A DNA stretch of 64,000 bases from Takakia lepidozioides (GCA_030704615.1 CM060731.1:79360001-79424000), one strand, 5' to 3'. Shown: positions 39,587-53,530, numbered from the stretch's first letter. Translations and numbers: made by a program. Notes: generated by a model not told the origin, from the sequence alone.

Positions 39587-42170
39587 TGTGATAAAATGAG
39601 AGCATTCAGATGAGAGAGAGAATGAGAGAGAATCTTTTTGTATATTACAAAGTAACTACTAGGTAACTACTTAATAATGTTTTCTTCTTAGGTGCTATCC
39701 TAAGGAAGATGACTCTTCATAAGGAAGAGTCACATCTGTTCAGATATGAACTGTCACAAATGTAGGGATGATGTGCTTCATAATCTAAATTAGGTCTAAC
39801 ACTCCCACTTAGGAAGCATCATCCTCAGCTTCTCCTCCAAACAACCCTAACTTCTTCAGAAGATAGGAGTGTTTAACAAAGCCAAGTGGCTTTGTGATGA
39901 TGTCGGCCACCATGTCCTCAGTAGGGTAGTAAACAACAAGGACATGTTTGTTGAGAACTTGTTCGCGAATGTAGTGGAATTGCATGTCGATGTGCTTGGT
40001 CCTATCGTGGAACTTGGTAGTGTCAATCAGAGCAATAGTTTTCTGATTATCATAAAAGATAGTAATGGGATCAGTGGCATTAAGAAAACCAAGGTCTTGG
40101 AGTAGATGACGGAGCCAAATAGCTTCAGTGCTAGCTTTAGTCAAGGCCATGTACTCGGCCTCTGTGCTAGACAAGGCAATGGCCCGTTGCTTGCGACTGG
40201 CCCAGGTAATAACACCAGCAGAAAGAATAAAAATGTATCCGGAGGTGGAATGCCTAGAATCAAGATTGCCACCCCAATCAGCATCAGAAAACCCATATAG
40301 AGGGCGAGGCTGAAGAACATGAGTGTATTGGAGATATAGATGTAGAGTGCCTTTGAGGTATCGAAAGATACGCTTAACGGCAGTCCAATGAGGACGACCA
40401 TGATTAGACACTGGATAGGAAAGGTCGGGCCTAGTGCAAACCATTGCCCACATTAATGAACCACAAGCAGATTTATAAGGAACAGTAAGCATGAACTGCT
40501 TAGCCTCGTCAGTGGTAGGGCAATCTTTGGTTGAAAGATGAAGTCCTAGTTCCATAGGGGTGCGGAGGGGTTTGCTATCGTTCATATTAAACTCCTTGAG
40601 CTTTTGAAGGAGATACCACTTTTGAGAGAGTCGAATCCAGCCAGCAACTCTGTCCCGGGTAACTTCATGACCAACACAATGGTGGACTTCGCCTAAGTCG
40701 GTCATCTCAAACTCCTTGAGACAGTCTTTCAAATAAGTAAGGAGAGAGAGACTATTACTTGTGATGAGGGTGTCGTCCATATAAAGGGCTAAGATTCCAA
40801 AATCAGGGTGTTTATCATAAATGTAGACATTGGAATCAGCCGTAAAGCGAAGAAAACCAATTTTAAGAAGGAAAGTATTGATACGTTGATATCACATGCA
40901 AGAGGACTGTTTGAGTCCATAGATAGATTGGTGTAACTTGCAAGCTCATTGGAGATCCCCGGCACTTTCAAGGCCATCGGGAATCTGCATATAAATATCT
41001 TCGTCCAATATCCCATTAAGGAATGCAGTTTTGACATCTAATTGGTGGACATGAAGATCATATTGAGCCGCAAGTGCGAGAATAACCCGAATGGAAGCAA
41101 TCTTCACCACAGGGAGCGAGAATGTCTCGTGGTCGTCAACTCGTAGGATTGTGTAAAGCCCTTGGGCACTAACCTTGCTTTGTAGCGTGCAATGGAGCCG
41201 TCAGGATTCATCTTCAGCTTGTAAACCCATTTGCAGCCTACAGCTTGGCATCCAGAAGGAAGAGCTGTAATGGTCCAAGTATGCTTGCGCTCCATAGAAA
41301 GAAGCTCATCTTCCATAGCAGCGTGCCATTGAGGGGCATCTGGTCTGGAAAGGGCTTGATTATAAGTCGTGGGCTCAGTGAGGTCAACAGAGTGAGTGAA
41401 GAAAACGTGCTTCCTAGGGGTGGTAGGTCGAGCTAGACTGGATGGGGGTGAATAGGGTGTGGTTGGTATCCTGATTCGGATACGATTGCTGACGTAATTG
41501 GTTGTAATCATGGCCTCTCCCCAATAGATCGCACCATCTTCACGAGGGTTTGGTTCATGCGCTCTGCAACACCATTATGTTGAGGGGTATGAGGAACTGT
41601 CAACTGCCTATGTATCCCATACTGAGCACAGAAGTTGGTAAAGGCTTGCGAAACGTGCCTCCACTGTCAGTTCAGAGAACCTGAACTGTTTTGTGGAGTT
41701 GATTTTCAGCATAGCTTTTCCACTCTTTGAAAGTGTGGAGAGCATGAGACTTCTTGCGTAATAAATACACCCTAGTGTAACGCGAGTAGTCATCAATTAA
41801 AGTCATAAAGTAACGAAAACCAGAATGGGTTGCAGGTGTAAGAGGTCCACATATGTCTGAGTGAACCAGACCTAGAAGCTTAGTAGCACGACTAGCACCA
41901 TCCTTAGGGAAGGGCTTACGGTTGTGTTGTCCTTGGATACAAGTCACACAGGGAGAAAGTTTGTTCAGATTCATAGGAGCAATGCCCCAAACCATGTTGC
42001 CAATGAACAGTTGGTGAAGCCGAGCTTGGCCAATATGGCCAAGACGCCGATGCCACACTTCAGCAGATGTGGCAGTAGATGTTGGGATGGCAACAATGGG
42101 AGGGGGAGGGAAGGACTCACCAAGTTTGTTTCCTAATGAGGCCAACTTGTGGGTTTGCATGACAGGTGCT
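39587..42170 (-). mobile_element. 5'-truncated Ty1/copia element: pre-integrase, integrase, RT, RNase H, PPT and 3' LTR (39587-39801)
   Basis: [24 protein letters not shown]...YKARLV, YMDD, FSDADW, SSTEAEY and RTKHID motifs; PPT agtgggag next to an LTR with TG...CA termini. Confidence 0.93.
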
Positions 42171-42473
42171 AGCTTGTGGGGAAAGAGAAGAAATCCCCTG
42201 CCCCAAAGAAAGGGGCGGACAATCCGTTTGCTCTGCCGGCACGTGTGACGCGCCAGGGCGTCTCACGGTTAACCAGCCCCGTCGACAGCCGCAGCCGGAG
42301 GGATCGTCTGCCCCCGAGGCCAGTACCCCCCCTCTTGTCCACATCTTGGATGCGCCAGGGGCCGGCTTAGCCAGCTCTCCTATTCGGGAGGTTGTTGCTG
42401 AGCCGGATGCTCAGTTGAGCACACCCCCGGCCACCAAGACGGGTGAAATATACCTTAGCAAGCACATCACCCG

Positions 42474-44147
42474 TCATAGAGACCTCTGCAATAGTGAACG
42501 AAGAGAACACCCTTTTTTGGGGGCATTTTTGATTGGTCCGAATTCCGGCGGGGGAGTAGCGGTGGGATGCTGGAAGCCGCTGAACAAAATTGAGCCGAAA
42601 ACAAAATCGATACGTGCCAGAAACCCCCAATGAAAGGCAGTGCAAACCTATTTACTGGCTTAAAATAAATTTAAATTCAATTAAATTGTGGAATGGCTTG
42701 AGGGAGGAGCGCGTCGATGGGGAGGCAAATGATTTATTCGTCTGTTGTGTCTCCGCACATGTTCGAGCACATGCGGGCAAAAGAGGGGCTTCAACCACAT
42801 CCGTTCAATGGGTGCAATAGTCGTGCACGCATTGCAGGATTTCTTTTTCGCATTGAACAAAAACCAGATGACAAGTGAACGCCTCGTTGGACAATCGAAC
42901 GAATTTCGATTATTACACTGGGACGTATCGGAGGGTACATTGAACACACCGGCCAAGCTTCAAAGCGAACGAAAAATCATTTGGATGGGCAACCATCCGT
43001 TGGCCCGTTGAACGAATTTCGATTGATCTCATATTACTCTGGGGCGTCTTACATGGCACATTGAACATAGTGGCCAAGTCTCAAAGCCAACCAAAATCAT
43101 TTCCATGGCCAACCATCCGTTGAGCCATCGAATGAATTTCGATTGATCTTTGTTTCCTTTCTGCCTCTGCTTTGTATTGCATGTTGTACAACGATAACAA
43201 GCGTGAGACCTGCGATTCACCTGGGGTTCCACATCGTCTCTAACTTAACTGTTTCTGATTGCGTGTGATGGGACCAGGCGAGGGTCCTCGCTTAACATGG
43301 ATTTTAAAGCTTGAAGTTGATTGGAATCGAGTTGAAGAAGCGACGCCATCTGTATCTTTGGGGGAGAACGATCATTTCTTCCTCTTTCCTTTGATCTTGA
43401 TGGCTCCTATGTTTAACCTAGTATGGTGGACAATCAATCATTAGGGCGACTATCTCTTGTTCCCTATGGCATACTGATGTGACGATGGAGCAATGATATG
43501 ACAAGCTGACGTGCGTGCCAAATTTGGGAGCGATCAAAATTCATTTGGACCCAAAACCACAGTTTCTTCCCTGTTTTGCACTCCAAACTTGATTTGTGTT
43601 CTACTTCGTGCACTCTTCATAGAGAGTTCTGCAATAGTGAACGAAGAGAACACCCTTTTTTGGGGGCATTTTTGATTGGTCCGAATTCCGGCGGGGGAGT
43701 AGCGGTGGGATGCTGGAAGCCGCTGAACAAAATTGAGCCGAAAACAAAATCGATACGTGCCAGAAACCCCCAATGAAAGGCAGTGCAAACCTATTTACTG
43801 GCTTAAAATAAATTTAAATTCAATTATAATTGTGGAATGGCTTGAGGGAGGAGCGCGTCGATGGGGAGGCAAATGATTTATTCGTCTGTTGTGTCTCCGC
43901 ACATGTTCGAGCACATGCGGGCAAAAGAGGGGCTTCAACCACATCCGTTCAATGGGTGCAATAGTCGTGCACGCATTGCAGGATTTCTTTTTTCGCATTG
44001 AACAAAAACCAGATGACAAGTGAACGCCTCGTTGGACAATCGAACGAATTTCGATTATTACACTGGGACGTATCGGAGGGTACATTGAACACACCGGCCA
44101 AGCTTCAAAGCGAACGAAAAATCATTTGGATGGGCAACCATCCGTTG
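42474..44147. repeat. Near-identical ~530-bp direct repeats (42474-43003 and 43617-44147)
   Basis: tcatagag...tctgcaatagtgaacgaagag...caaccatccgttg duplicated with few differences. Confidence 0.93.
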
Positions 44148-45474
44148 ACCCCTTTGATGGACCAGTCAACATCCAAGACGAAAGGAGTATAAAAAGGAGA
44201 GGGTCATTGCATATGCTAATAAGGTACTATCTGATGCTCAGCGTAAGTATCACCCTATGGAGGGTGAATGCTATGCCTTGGTGTGGGGAGTATTACACTT
44301 TAGGCAGTACCTGTATGGAACCCCTTTTATAATCAGAATTGATCACAAACCACTGGAGTGGTTGGCAACGGTAAGTGACGCATATGGATGCAGGGGTAGA
44401 TGGATCATGATGTTACAAGATTTTGAGTTTAAGATTGTTCATAGGGCGGGTGCTAGGCATGCTAACGTAGATGCGCTAAGCAGGTATCCAGTGGGACCAG
44501 CGGAGGAAACCGAGGAGCTCGAGGTATACTCTACTTCTCTATACAGTCAAAAAAGGGAGGGGAGAAAGAGGGATGGAGCCTATCTTCTTAAACTAGAGTG
44601 GGACAGGGGTGCCATCAATGCTTCTCTATTTCAATATAAAGAGGGTAAAGAAGAGTTGAGAGAAGAGGCTCAAAGGCAAGTAGGGTATAGCAGTGAGAGA
44701 GGGGAAATGATTTGCAAGAGAGAAGAGTATTATGCATGTGTATGGGGTCTTTGGCATTTCAAGGAGACACTGTTGGGAAGTCATTTTTCTTTAGAAACAG
44801 ATCTGGACCCATATTGGTGGCTGTACTCAGAACACCACATTGGCATAGACTTGCTTAGTGACTTTTCATTTGAGTTCGTCCCTGGAATAGGTAGATCTTC
44901 CATAGGTGGTGTGTTGACCAAGGCTCATGGTATATTGAAAGGAGAACTAAAACCAGGTGTGATGCCAGATAGGGAAGGAAAGAAGGTGACTTTTGCAGCC
45001 AAGACCCAAGGAAGGGGCATTAACCAATCAGCCTCTGTCAATCTGGTAGGGGAAGGTATTTGGAAGGATGTGGGTGCAGGAAGGAAGGATGTTCCTGCAA
45101 TCAGCAACAAGAAAGGGGAAGATCTGGTGTTCTCCTGTCCCACCATCCATGTGGTTACACGAGGAGCTCATGCTCGAGATCAGGAGCTAGTCAAGGTGCA
45201 GCCAGCCTGTGTACTTGAGGAAGAACGATCAAACAATGAAGAGGGCAGCTCTGAAGAAACACCATCCCTTCAACACTCTACAAGTGAAGAAACAACAGGA
45301 AGGATTCAGGTGACCTCCTCATCAGGATGCCCAGGTGGAGGCCACATGAGGGGTGAGTGTTCCACCAGGGTCAAAGCATGCTACGGTCCACCCAAAATGG
45401 ACGTCCCAAGCTCTCTACGAATGCAGTGCCACATAGAAGGACTGACATGGATGTTGGATATAAGTGCATTTTGA
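44148..45474 (+). mobile_element. Ty3/gypsy RNase H region fragment
   Basis: ERVIAYA...YHPMEGECYALVWGVLHFRQYLYG.PF.IRIDHKPL...RW...LQDFEFKIVHRAG..HANVDALSR. Confidence 0.88.
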
Positions 45475-47068
45475 AAGTTTAGACATGAATCATTGATCCT
45501 TATTCTGTGCTGAAAACAACGGTGTTTTTCTTTTTGGAATCCATGGAGATTTGAGCATTGAATGAAGTCCAAACGTAAAAGTATGTATGATGTCCAAAGT
45601 AAGGTTGTGGACTATATGGAATCAATTGGAATGGTGGAAAACTTCAATACACATAGGGATTTTAATGTCCAGTAGGAAGGTCACCGTTATACGTGGAAAC
45701 CACAATGTAGCCCTAAGAATTAGTTTATGAGATATGTGAGAAATTTTCAAAATCTATCATTTTATCTTGGAACATCCTAATTCATTAGACCTTCTTCCAT
45801 TCATTTTCATGCTATGGTCCTTTCATAAGAAGTGTAGCTTTCAAGACTCCCTAAGGCACTTTACAATGATATGGAGGTTTTTATGAAGGAATGAACTGCT
45901 TGATGATTTTTCATGAAGAGAGTTACATTGGTGTATATTTTGGAAAATCTAGAAAATAATGTAACATTCACATAAGGGCAAAGGGGTTGCAGGAGACACT
46001 AAAGGTTGCTACGTATGCCATTTTGGTGAAAAAAACTAAGTCGTTCGAGCTGCCTACCGTGAGATATGGACTGCGCGGCTGCGTCCGCCATGGATGCTGC
46101 ATGAAAAGCTTCAAGACAACAGTCTCGCGCATGGAGTGTGCAAGACGGCGGGTCACCCGTCGCCGGGTGGTCTGTCAACGTAGATTTTCAAAATGTCTGC
46201 GCGTTTGCAAGTGTGGCCCATACACCTTTGCCCTAATGGCCTAACGTTCTATTCGTGCTATCGGTCTTCTTTCTCATATTTTTGAGTGTGCAGAGATAGC
46301 CATGCATGATATGCTTTCAGTTCTTATGTAATGCACTAGAGCGCACAACAACGTGGAACACGTTGGATACGGGGTGCGACACGGGCAGTATTGGCGTGCA
46401 ACCTCGCCATTGACGTATCTTCGTGCAACCTGGCCATTTCCTCCAGCATTCGGGTGTTTGGTTTTGCTCTTGTCGTACTCACTACGCACGCACATTCATT
46501 TGTCTATGTTGCTCACCTGAGTTCCAAGAAAGTGCCCTGTGTAGTATTTATGTGATACATGTGTGAGTTTTGGAGGTTGCAATCTTTGTATAGTGATAAC
46601 TAGCTGTAAGTGGTATTGTGTTTGAGTTTGTGAGGGTCACAATCTGAACCATATCAGCCCCATCTACTAGCTCAAGTCTTGGGTACGCAAGCTGCTTGTA
46701 GGGCGCGTGCACTTCAATCGCAGCTACTTACAGCCTGCGCATTACCTCCATCTAGAATAATGTTAATCTTCCCTCAAGTTGAGCATGAGTAAGAGGATGT
46801 ACTACGCGTTAGTTTGGATAGGTTCTCTATCCAGGGCTCCCGCCACCATAGCAATCTCATGCCTTATCGTGCTCATCCTGTTTTTGAGTGGAAACCCCTA
46901 CCGCATATTGCATTGACTGCCCTATAGCAGGAGACTTGATTATATACAGGGTCCCTCTCAAGGTGCATCCTTGGGGGTTCAAAATGAATTTGTATTGTGA
47001 TGATATGCGATTTTCCTGCTGATGCTATGCGTTCTTTGCTGCTGCTGCGTTTGGTGGAATTTTACCAG

Positions 47069-47350
47069 GTATTCAGCTGAGGTGAGGCCAGGGCGCTTTG
47101 GGATAATAATTACACTGTACAAGCAGCAGCTATTACTGCTTCAGAATCGCTTTATTCGTGCACTAGGTTCTGGTGCAACATGTGACATTGAGTTCAATAC
47201 TGTGGATGGGTTTCAAGGACGTGAAGTCGACATTCTGATTTTGTCCACAGTCCGGACGACAAGGGCGAGAGAATAATAGGAATGGTGAAGTAAATCGTGG
47301 AAGCATTGGGTTTGTGGCTGATTACATAACAAGTAAAGGTGGGGGCTCTC
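47069..47350 (+). pseudogene. Isolated exon of an SF1 (SEN1/UPF1-like) helicase
   Basis: GIIITLYKQQL...EFNTVDGFQGREVDILILSTVR...SIGFVAD; preceded by a ttttaccag acceptor. Confidence 0.82.
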
Positions 47351-47576
47351 CCATTTGTTGTCATATTCATTGCAGATTTTCCTACTTGGTGTAAATTGGT
47401 GCAACAGAACCGAGAGTGTTGATATTCTTCTCACATTTGCTTTGGGTTGTTTTGCAGGCCATGTTTTCATACAACTGAATTGGACTGGGACAACCATTGG
47501 GAGAGAGAGTACACTTAAGCAAACTGTTGTCTGGTTTCCGATCTCTATATTGTGCTAACAGTTGTATCAGTTTTCA

Positions 47577-49780
47577 ATGGGGAACAAGAAGAACAAGTAT
47601 AGGGTAAATGGAGAGGTAAGACCAGGCCCTCAAAAAAGGGCAAAACTGGCTTTGTTGGCTGCAGCCAGGCCCACCGAGGATACACGCAAACAAACCCACG
47701 CTGACCAGAAAAGAATGTATAGGGAGAGACTTCAAGCCCAAAAAGAGGCAGAGATTAATGCGGCTACTACAACGTCTGGGCAAGGTTCTGTGGAAGATGC
47801 CAGGGTGGGGTTTGGAGAACGAGACAAGAGGAGAATAGCTTTGAAAATGGCCGACTTCTGTTACAAGCAATTGAGGGAATGCCCAACACTTCATTCACAA
47901 ACAGAGGTAATGGAGTTATTTTTGGGTCACCATCTCATTAAACTCAGCTTACCTGCTATTACTTGCCGCCTAAGGAGGCCAAGGCGCATGCAGATTTGTT
48001 GAAGAACCAGCAGAGCTCCATGCAACTTGTTAAGGGTGTGCAGTATTTAGATAAGCTTGCGAGTAAACGCTCATTCTTAACAGCGTCTGTTAGTGGAACC
48101 CAGACCACTGCTGTGAGGGCAACGACACGTATTCTTAATATTCATCATAGCAATATTAGTCGTGCAATTGTACGACGAAGAGTCATTGATTCAGAAGGTG
48201 AGGGTTTGTGGGCTTTGGGTGGGAGAAAGAAAAGGTCTGATCATGTACCAGATGCGACCCGAGCGATCGTTTTGGCTTGGTGGGTAAATGAGACACGAGT
48301 GTCACCCAACAAGAAAGATGTCGTGAGGCAGCGTGTATCGAGGAAAGTCTATGATACACAACCTGCTCACTATCTTCTTGAGACTCAGGTAAGCGAACCC
48401 TCTCTTTACAGTATTTGTGTGGGCTCTCAGTACTTTACAATCCTTCTACACTTACTACTGTACATAACTGTATTGGACTATGTTGGAGTTTGTCAACTGC
48501 CATTGTGTTGTTTGGGTTGCCTCGTACATTTTCCCTAGACAAGGTACATCGTCACCTGTAAACCTACCAGTGGACTGAGATTACTGTACTCAATTGTGGA
48601 CACTATGTCCAGCTCATGTCCTGAATTGGAGTGTCTTGAAGATGTCCCTCTTGTTCATGGACTGGTACTCATTGTAAACAGGCCTGGGATGGACTAGAAG
48701 TACGACTCACTAGCATGCACTCCTTATATTATGACTAGATAGGACAAAATAGCATGCACTCCATGTAATTTGATTTGGAGGGACTAGAAGTCGATGTACA
48801 TGTACTCCATTAGTACATGCACTCCTTGAAATGTGACTAGAAAAGGACAATGACTAGGACTAGGACCGATTTGGACATGCATTCCTTGATATGTGACTAG
48901 AAAGAAGTAGGACTAGGACTGATTAGGACATGCATTCATTGGTATGTGACTAGGACTAGGACTAGGACTGATTAGGACATGCATTCATTGGTATGTGACT
49001 AGGACTAGGACTAGGACTGGTTAGTACATGCATTCCTTAATATGTGACTAGAAAGGACTCACACTCGGACTGATTAGTACATGTACTACTTCATATGTGA
49101 CTAGGAAGGACTAGGTCTAGGACTACTAGGACTGATTAGTACTTGTACAATTTGACATGTGATGAGAAAGGACTATGACTAAGACTAGGTCTAGGACTGG
49201 TCTAGGTCTAGTAGTAGGTATTCTTAGTGCATGCACTAAATGGGATTCTCTTTGTGCATGTTGTGGTGGCAATGCAGACTGCTTTCTTTCTTCGCTTCAA
49301 ATCAGCCCATCCCAATGTCAAAGTGGGTCAACGATTGTTTGAGTTGTTGAGGCCATTCTTTGTCAAACGCCTGAAGGATCGTAATGTTTGTTGCTGCAAA
49401 TATCATGTGGAGATGGCGGAGTTGAAGGATGGGTTCAACAACATGCGGACTGCCGAGAGGGGTGTCCACTCTCCATCATCATGTACTTGTGACTGTAATA
49501 TTTGTCGACGTGGACCAGTATTAGATGGTGAAGCTGGTTGTCAAGCGAACAAGCACCCCTACAAAGGAGTGACTTGGCTTTGGCAAGAAATTGTTTGTCC
49601 CAAAGGGGAATTGGATGAATGGCATCGGCGAGACTGTCTCATGGGAGAGTGCTTGAGGTGTGGCTCAAGTAAGTTATCTATTTGTCCCGTGGAGGCAAAT
49701 GGTTGTGATTTGACAGTGCAGTGGAGATGCTATGCAAAAGAGAATGTTGGGGAGAAAGATGGAGCCCCTAGAATGAGACA
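47577..49780 (+). mobile_element. Intron-containing Cys-rich DNA transposase, 3'-truncated (possibly Sola2-like)
   Basis: RKKRSD...WWVNETRVSPNKKDV...YLLETQ|intron 48389-49277|FELLRPFFVKRLKDRNVCCCKYH...CPK...CLMGECLRCG; frameshift near 47965; no catalytic region seen. Superfamily assignment is from memory and uncertain. Confidence 0.55.
48680..49215. repeat. Minisatellite (~50-bp unit with internal gactag hexamers) in the transposase intron
   Basis: ggactgattaggacatgcattcattggtatgtgactaggacta repeated about 9-10 times with divergence. Confidence 0.9.
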
Positions 49781-50484
49781 ACACAACTGTATCAGAATCA
49801 GACTGGGAGTCGGCCCCAGCATCAGTTTCAAATCCCTGTGACCCCAATTCTGAGTCTGATGAGAGGGTTGCCACATGTCCAGTATTTTGGGCACCATCTC
49901 TTTCAACCTTCACATCCACATAAGGAGGAACAACAGTGGATGGGATTGTCAAGTCCACAACATCTTCATGTGTACTTTGTAGCGTATGTGTCGTGACAAT
50001 CTCTGGAACAAATGCAGCCTACAGTGGAGATCCATGAATCTTTTTTGGTGGAGAACCAGGAATGAGGAACTTCTTGACATAACCCTTTCCTGAAGCTGAA
50101 ACCTCTTGCATGATGGTATCAGGTGTGACATCAACCTCAGGGTTCAACGGATCACCAACAATTGGTGCAACGATCCCCGGCCGCGACAGCCCCAAAGGTG
50201 ACATTTGAAGAGTTGACGAGCTTGGAGTTCGAGGGAAGTTTTGGTTCACAGCACTACCACCATGTCCACTTTGGCCTCCACTGTAGTTGGTGGTGAATGC
50301 GCTATAGTTGGTGGTGGCCTGAGATGGAGGTCCTGGTCTTCGTTTGTTGGCATCAATGAAGCCATCATCTGCTATCACACCTACACCATTACAACTGGTT
50401 TAAGAAGGCTGAATTATCACTTGGTGCCTACTGTTTACCAATACAACATTAACTGTAATTTGAGTCCAGACAAGTCATTGTAGT

Positions 50485-53080
50485 CCATGTGTTGAAGAAG
50501 GTGCCTTTATTAGCAGTGCCTGATTTTATCAATTGTGTCGCTACTCCTGCGGCTTCCAGTTCACCATCTACCCATGCAGGTTTCTTATAGCTAAATCCAC
50601 AAGTAATCATAGGTAATCATGTGCTTGAAATCTGGCCCTCTTGGATGAATCTGGACCCATACTCTATCTCTGCTCTTTCAGCTATCACTGCTTCTGCACA
50701 AATCATGCATACTTCCTTGCCTTGCAGTTGATAATGACAGCCTAGATTTGTTCTAGGAAACACCCAACTCAGCTTATCACACTAGTTTCTATGCTGAATT
50801 GCGTCTGCCCTCTATAATCTAACAGGCATTAACCTTTTCCCCTCGGTTGTCCCACCATTCCACAACTTCTCCTCGTCTCTGTGACCTGTTTCTGGATACT
50901 TTCCTGTTGTCACATTGGCATCATGTCAAAGTTCAGATCAACATCTAGTACAATTCCAGCTTGGACGATGTTACCACGAACGTCTTTGCTATTTTGCACG
51001 GCTGCCAGGCTTGCATACATGTTGCAAATGTAACAAACGTGACGTGGTTGCGCTGCAGTATCCCTTCCCACACCACTTGCTCATAGACCTCTCCAAAGGG
51101 CCTCCATCCCACGCCGTTGTTGTGCATATCCTGGGATCATCATCCTCCATGCACCCCAATTTGGCATACAACTTGTGAGGGCATAGTTCAGAACAACATT
51201 TGTTTAATTCCACCTTGGACGATGTCATCACAAACCCCGTCTTCACTCATTGCCTACTCTAGTTAAGTGCAATTATGGGCTAGGCTGGTACCACATCTCA
51301 TTCAACCATATTATCCAAACAGCCATGTATCCTTGTAGTTGCACCCTGCAACCTTGGCATACATGTCCACTACGACAACGTTCAGAATCACATCAGATAC
51401 AATACCAGCTTTGACAATATCACCGTGGACCTCTGTACCCTTTTTCAGGGCTGCCAGGCATGCATTTGACATACATATCCACCAAGGCAGTGTTTAGAGT
51501 GACATCTAGTGGTACAATTCCAGATTTGATAATGGACCTTTGCGTCCTTTCCAGGGCTACCAGGCTCGCATTTGACATACATGTACACCAGGGGAATGTA
51601 CAGAATGACATCAGGTACAATTCCAGCTTTGATGATGTCACCATGAACCTCTTGGCCCCTTCCCAGGGCTGCTAGGCTCGCATATGCATATTAACAAACA
51701 CAAATGAACATGACCTGGTTTGGCTTCATCCTTTCCTACATCATTTGTTCTTAGGTTTCCAAAGCCTTACTCCCACACCTATGCTACACACACCTTACAA
51801 TCATGGTAGTCCACAACACCACATCTCATTTAGCCATGTTGTCGAACTCTCCCTTTGCATCAGGCTTGCTGCACCCACATTTGGCATACATGTCCACTAG
51901 GGCAGTGGTCAGAATGACAACTAGTACAATTTCAGCTTTGACGATGGCACATGGCCAAGAGATATCCCAATATCCCGCTACCAATGGGTTCAATGCATAC
52001 TCTTGTCACATTGGCAGTATCATGTCAAAGTCACTCCAACTAGATTCACTCAACCAGCTAACTTGCAGAATTGAACATGAAAATTTAGGGCCGATTTTGA
52101 TAAGAGGGGAAAATAGGGTGAAATGTGTTTCAGAAGGTGCCTTCATTAGTAGTGCTTGATTTTATCAATTGTGACGCTGCTGCTGCGGCTTCCAATTGAC
52201 CATCTACCCATGCAGGTTTCTTGTATCTATCCTTCCACAGGGAATCATAGATAATCTGGAGCTTGAAATCTGGCCCTCTTCCACACTCTATCCCTGCTCC
52301 TTCAACTATCTATGCCTCTGCACAAAATCATGCATACAACAATCATTCCAGCAAACACCCCCAACCCTACTTATCAATGAGCAACGAGCTAACTTACATA
52401 ATTCAATATGCATCTCAAGGCTGAGTCTGATGAGAGGGCAAAACAGGCTGAAATAGGTCGAAGAAGAACCCATAGATGATTTGACCGACCATCAACCCAA
52501 AAGGACCTCTTGTGTGTGCTGCTTGTGTCTTGTAGTCAGGTAATGTCGGATTGGTCTATGAGAACCAGCACGGTGCAGATGAGCAGGCAGAGATTGAAAC
52601 ACGGCCTGCTAAGACCAAGCTGACTCTCCCAAGAACCTTGAAACATCAGGAAGAATACCAAATCATGGTACTAACAGGAGCCAACAGCCCACATTTGCAG
52701 GATGGACAAACTTCTTCACATCGTACATTAAGGAAAAGCCACACCTTGCCATTGCGGTTGTCGCACCATCGTGAAGGATCTTTAAAAATCTCATGCCAAC
52801 TCTGCTCCGTGCTACAAATGAAGGGCCGAGTCTGATGAGAGGGCAAAATAGGTTGAAATAGGTCGAAGAAGAAGGTTGCCCTCACCACATTGTCCTCGAC
52901 CTTGTGTCATGACCCATGGAGGATTTGACTGACCATGAACCCAAGATGACCTCTTCAGTGTGCTGCTTGTTTTTGTAGTCAGGTAATGTTGGATTGGTCT
53001 GTGAGAACCACCACGGTGCAGCTGAGCGGGTAGAGATTGAAACATGGCCTAGCTAAGACCAAGCTGACTCTCCCAAGAAC
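50485..53080 (-). pseudogene. Second decayed OSB-PDF/PPR chimeric locus, paralogous to 23077-29400
   Basis: ag|TNPTLPDYKNK...WVHGQSNPPWV; SWHEIFKDPSRWCDNRNGK|gt; GPDFK...SLWKDRYKKPAWVDGQLEAA; PPR remnants at 50930-51945; intron sequence shared with 28740-28820 and 29165-29340. Confidence 0.82.
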
Positions 53081-53344
53081 GACGAGCTCCCAGCCAAAAC
53101 CTCCTCGCACACATACCCTAGCGTTTCTAGGGTTGCTTGCTTCAGATGCAAAGGTTGCTCCAACTGCGGCCTCCCATGCATGTTTGCCTTCCCTCCCGCT
53201 CGCTCTAAGTCCCAGCCCTCTCTCTCTATCTCCCTCCCTCCCGCTCACTCTAATTCTATTCACGGCTACCGTGATGGGCAACTTTTTAAGTTTTTTAACC
53301 TTCTTGCAAACCCTATAAGCAATTTTTTGATTTTTTTTTTTAAT

Positions 53345-53530
53345 TTTTTTTAAAGGAAGCCTCATGCCCTTGAGGAGGGGGAAAAATTAACCCCCTTTCA
53401 TTTGGGCCATGAGACCTACAGGACGATCAACGCCCAAACATATCGTCACGAACAATCCCACACACGGGGTAGGGCAGCGGGTTTGAACCCCGAACCACCG
53501 GGGCGACACACTGTGCACCTCCAGCCAATG
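53345..53530 (-). mobile_element. tRNA-derived SINE
   Basis: Minus-strand B box GGTTCAAACCC; 3' cttcctttaaaaaaa poly(A). Confidence 0.6.
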
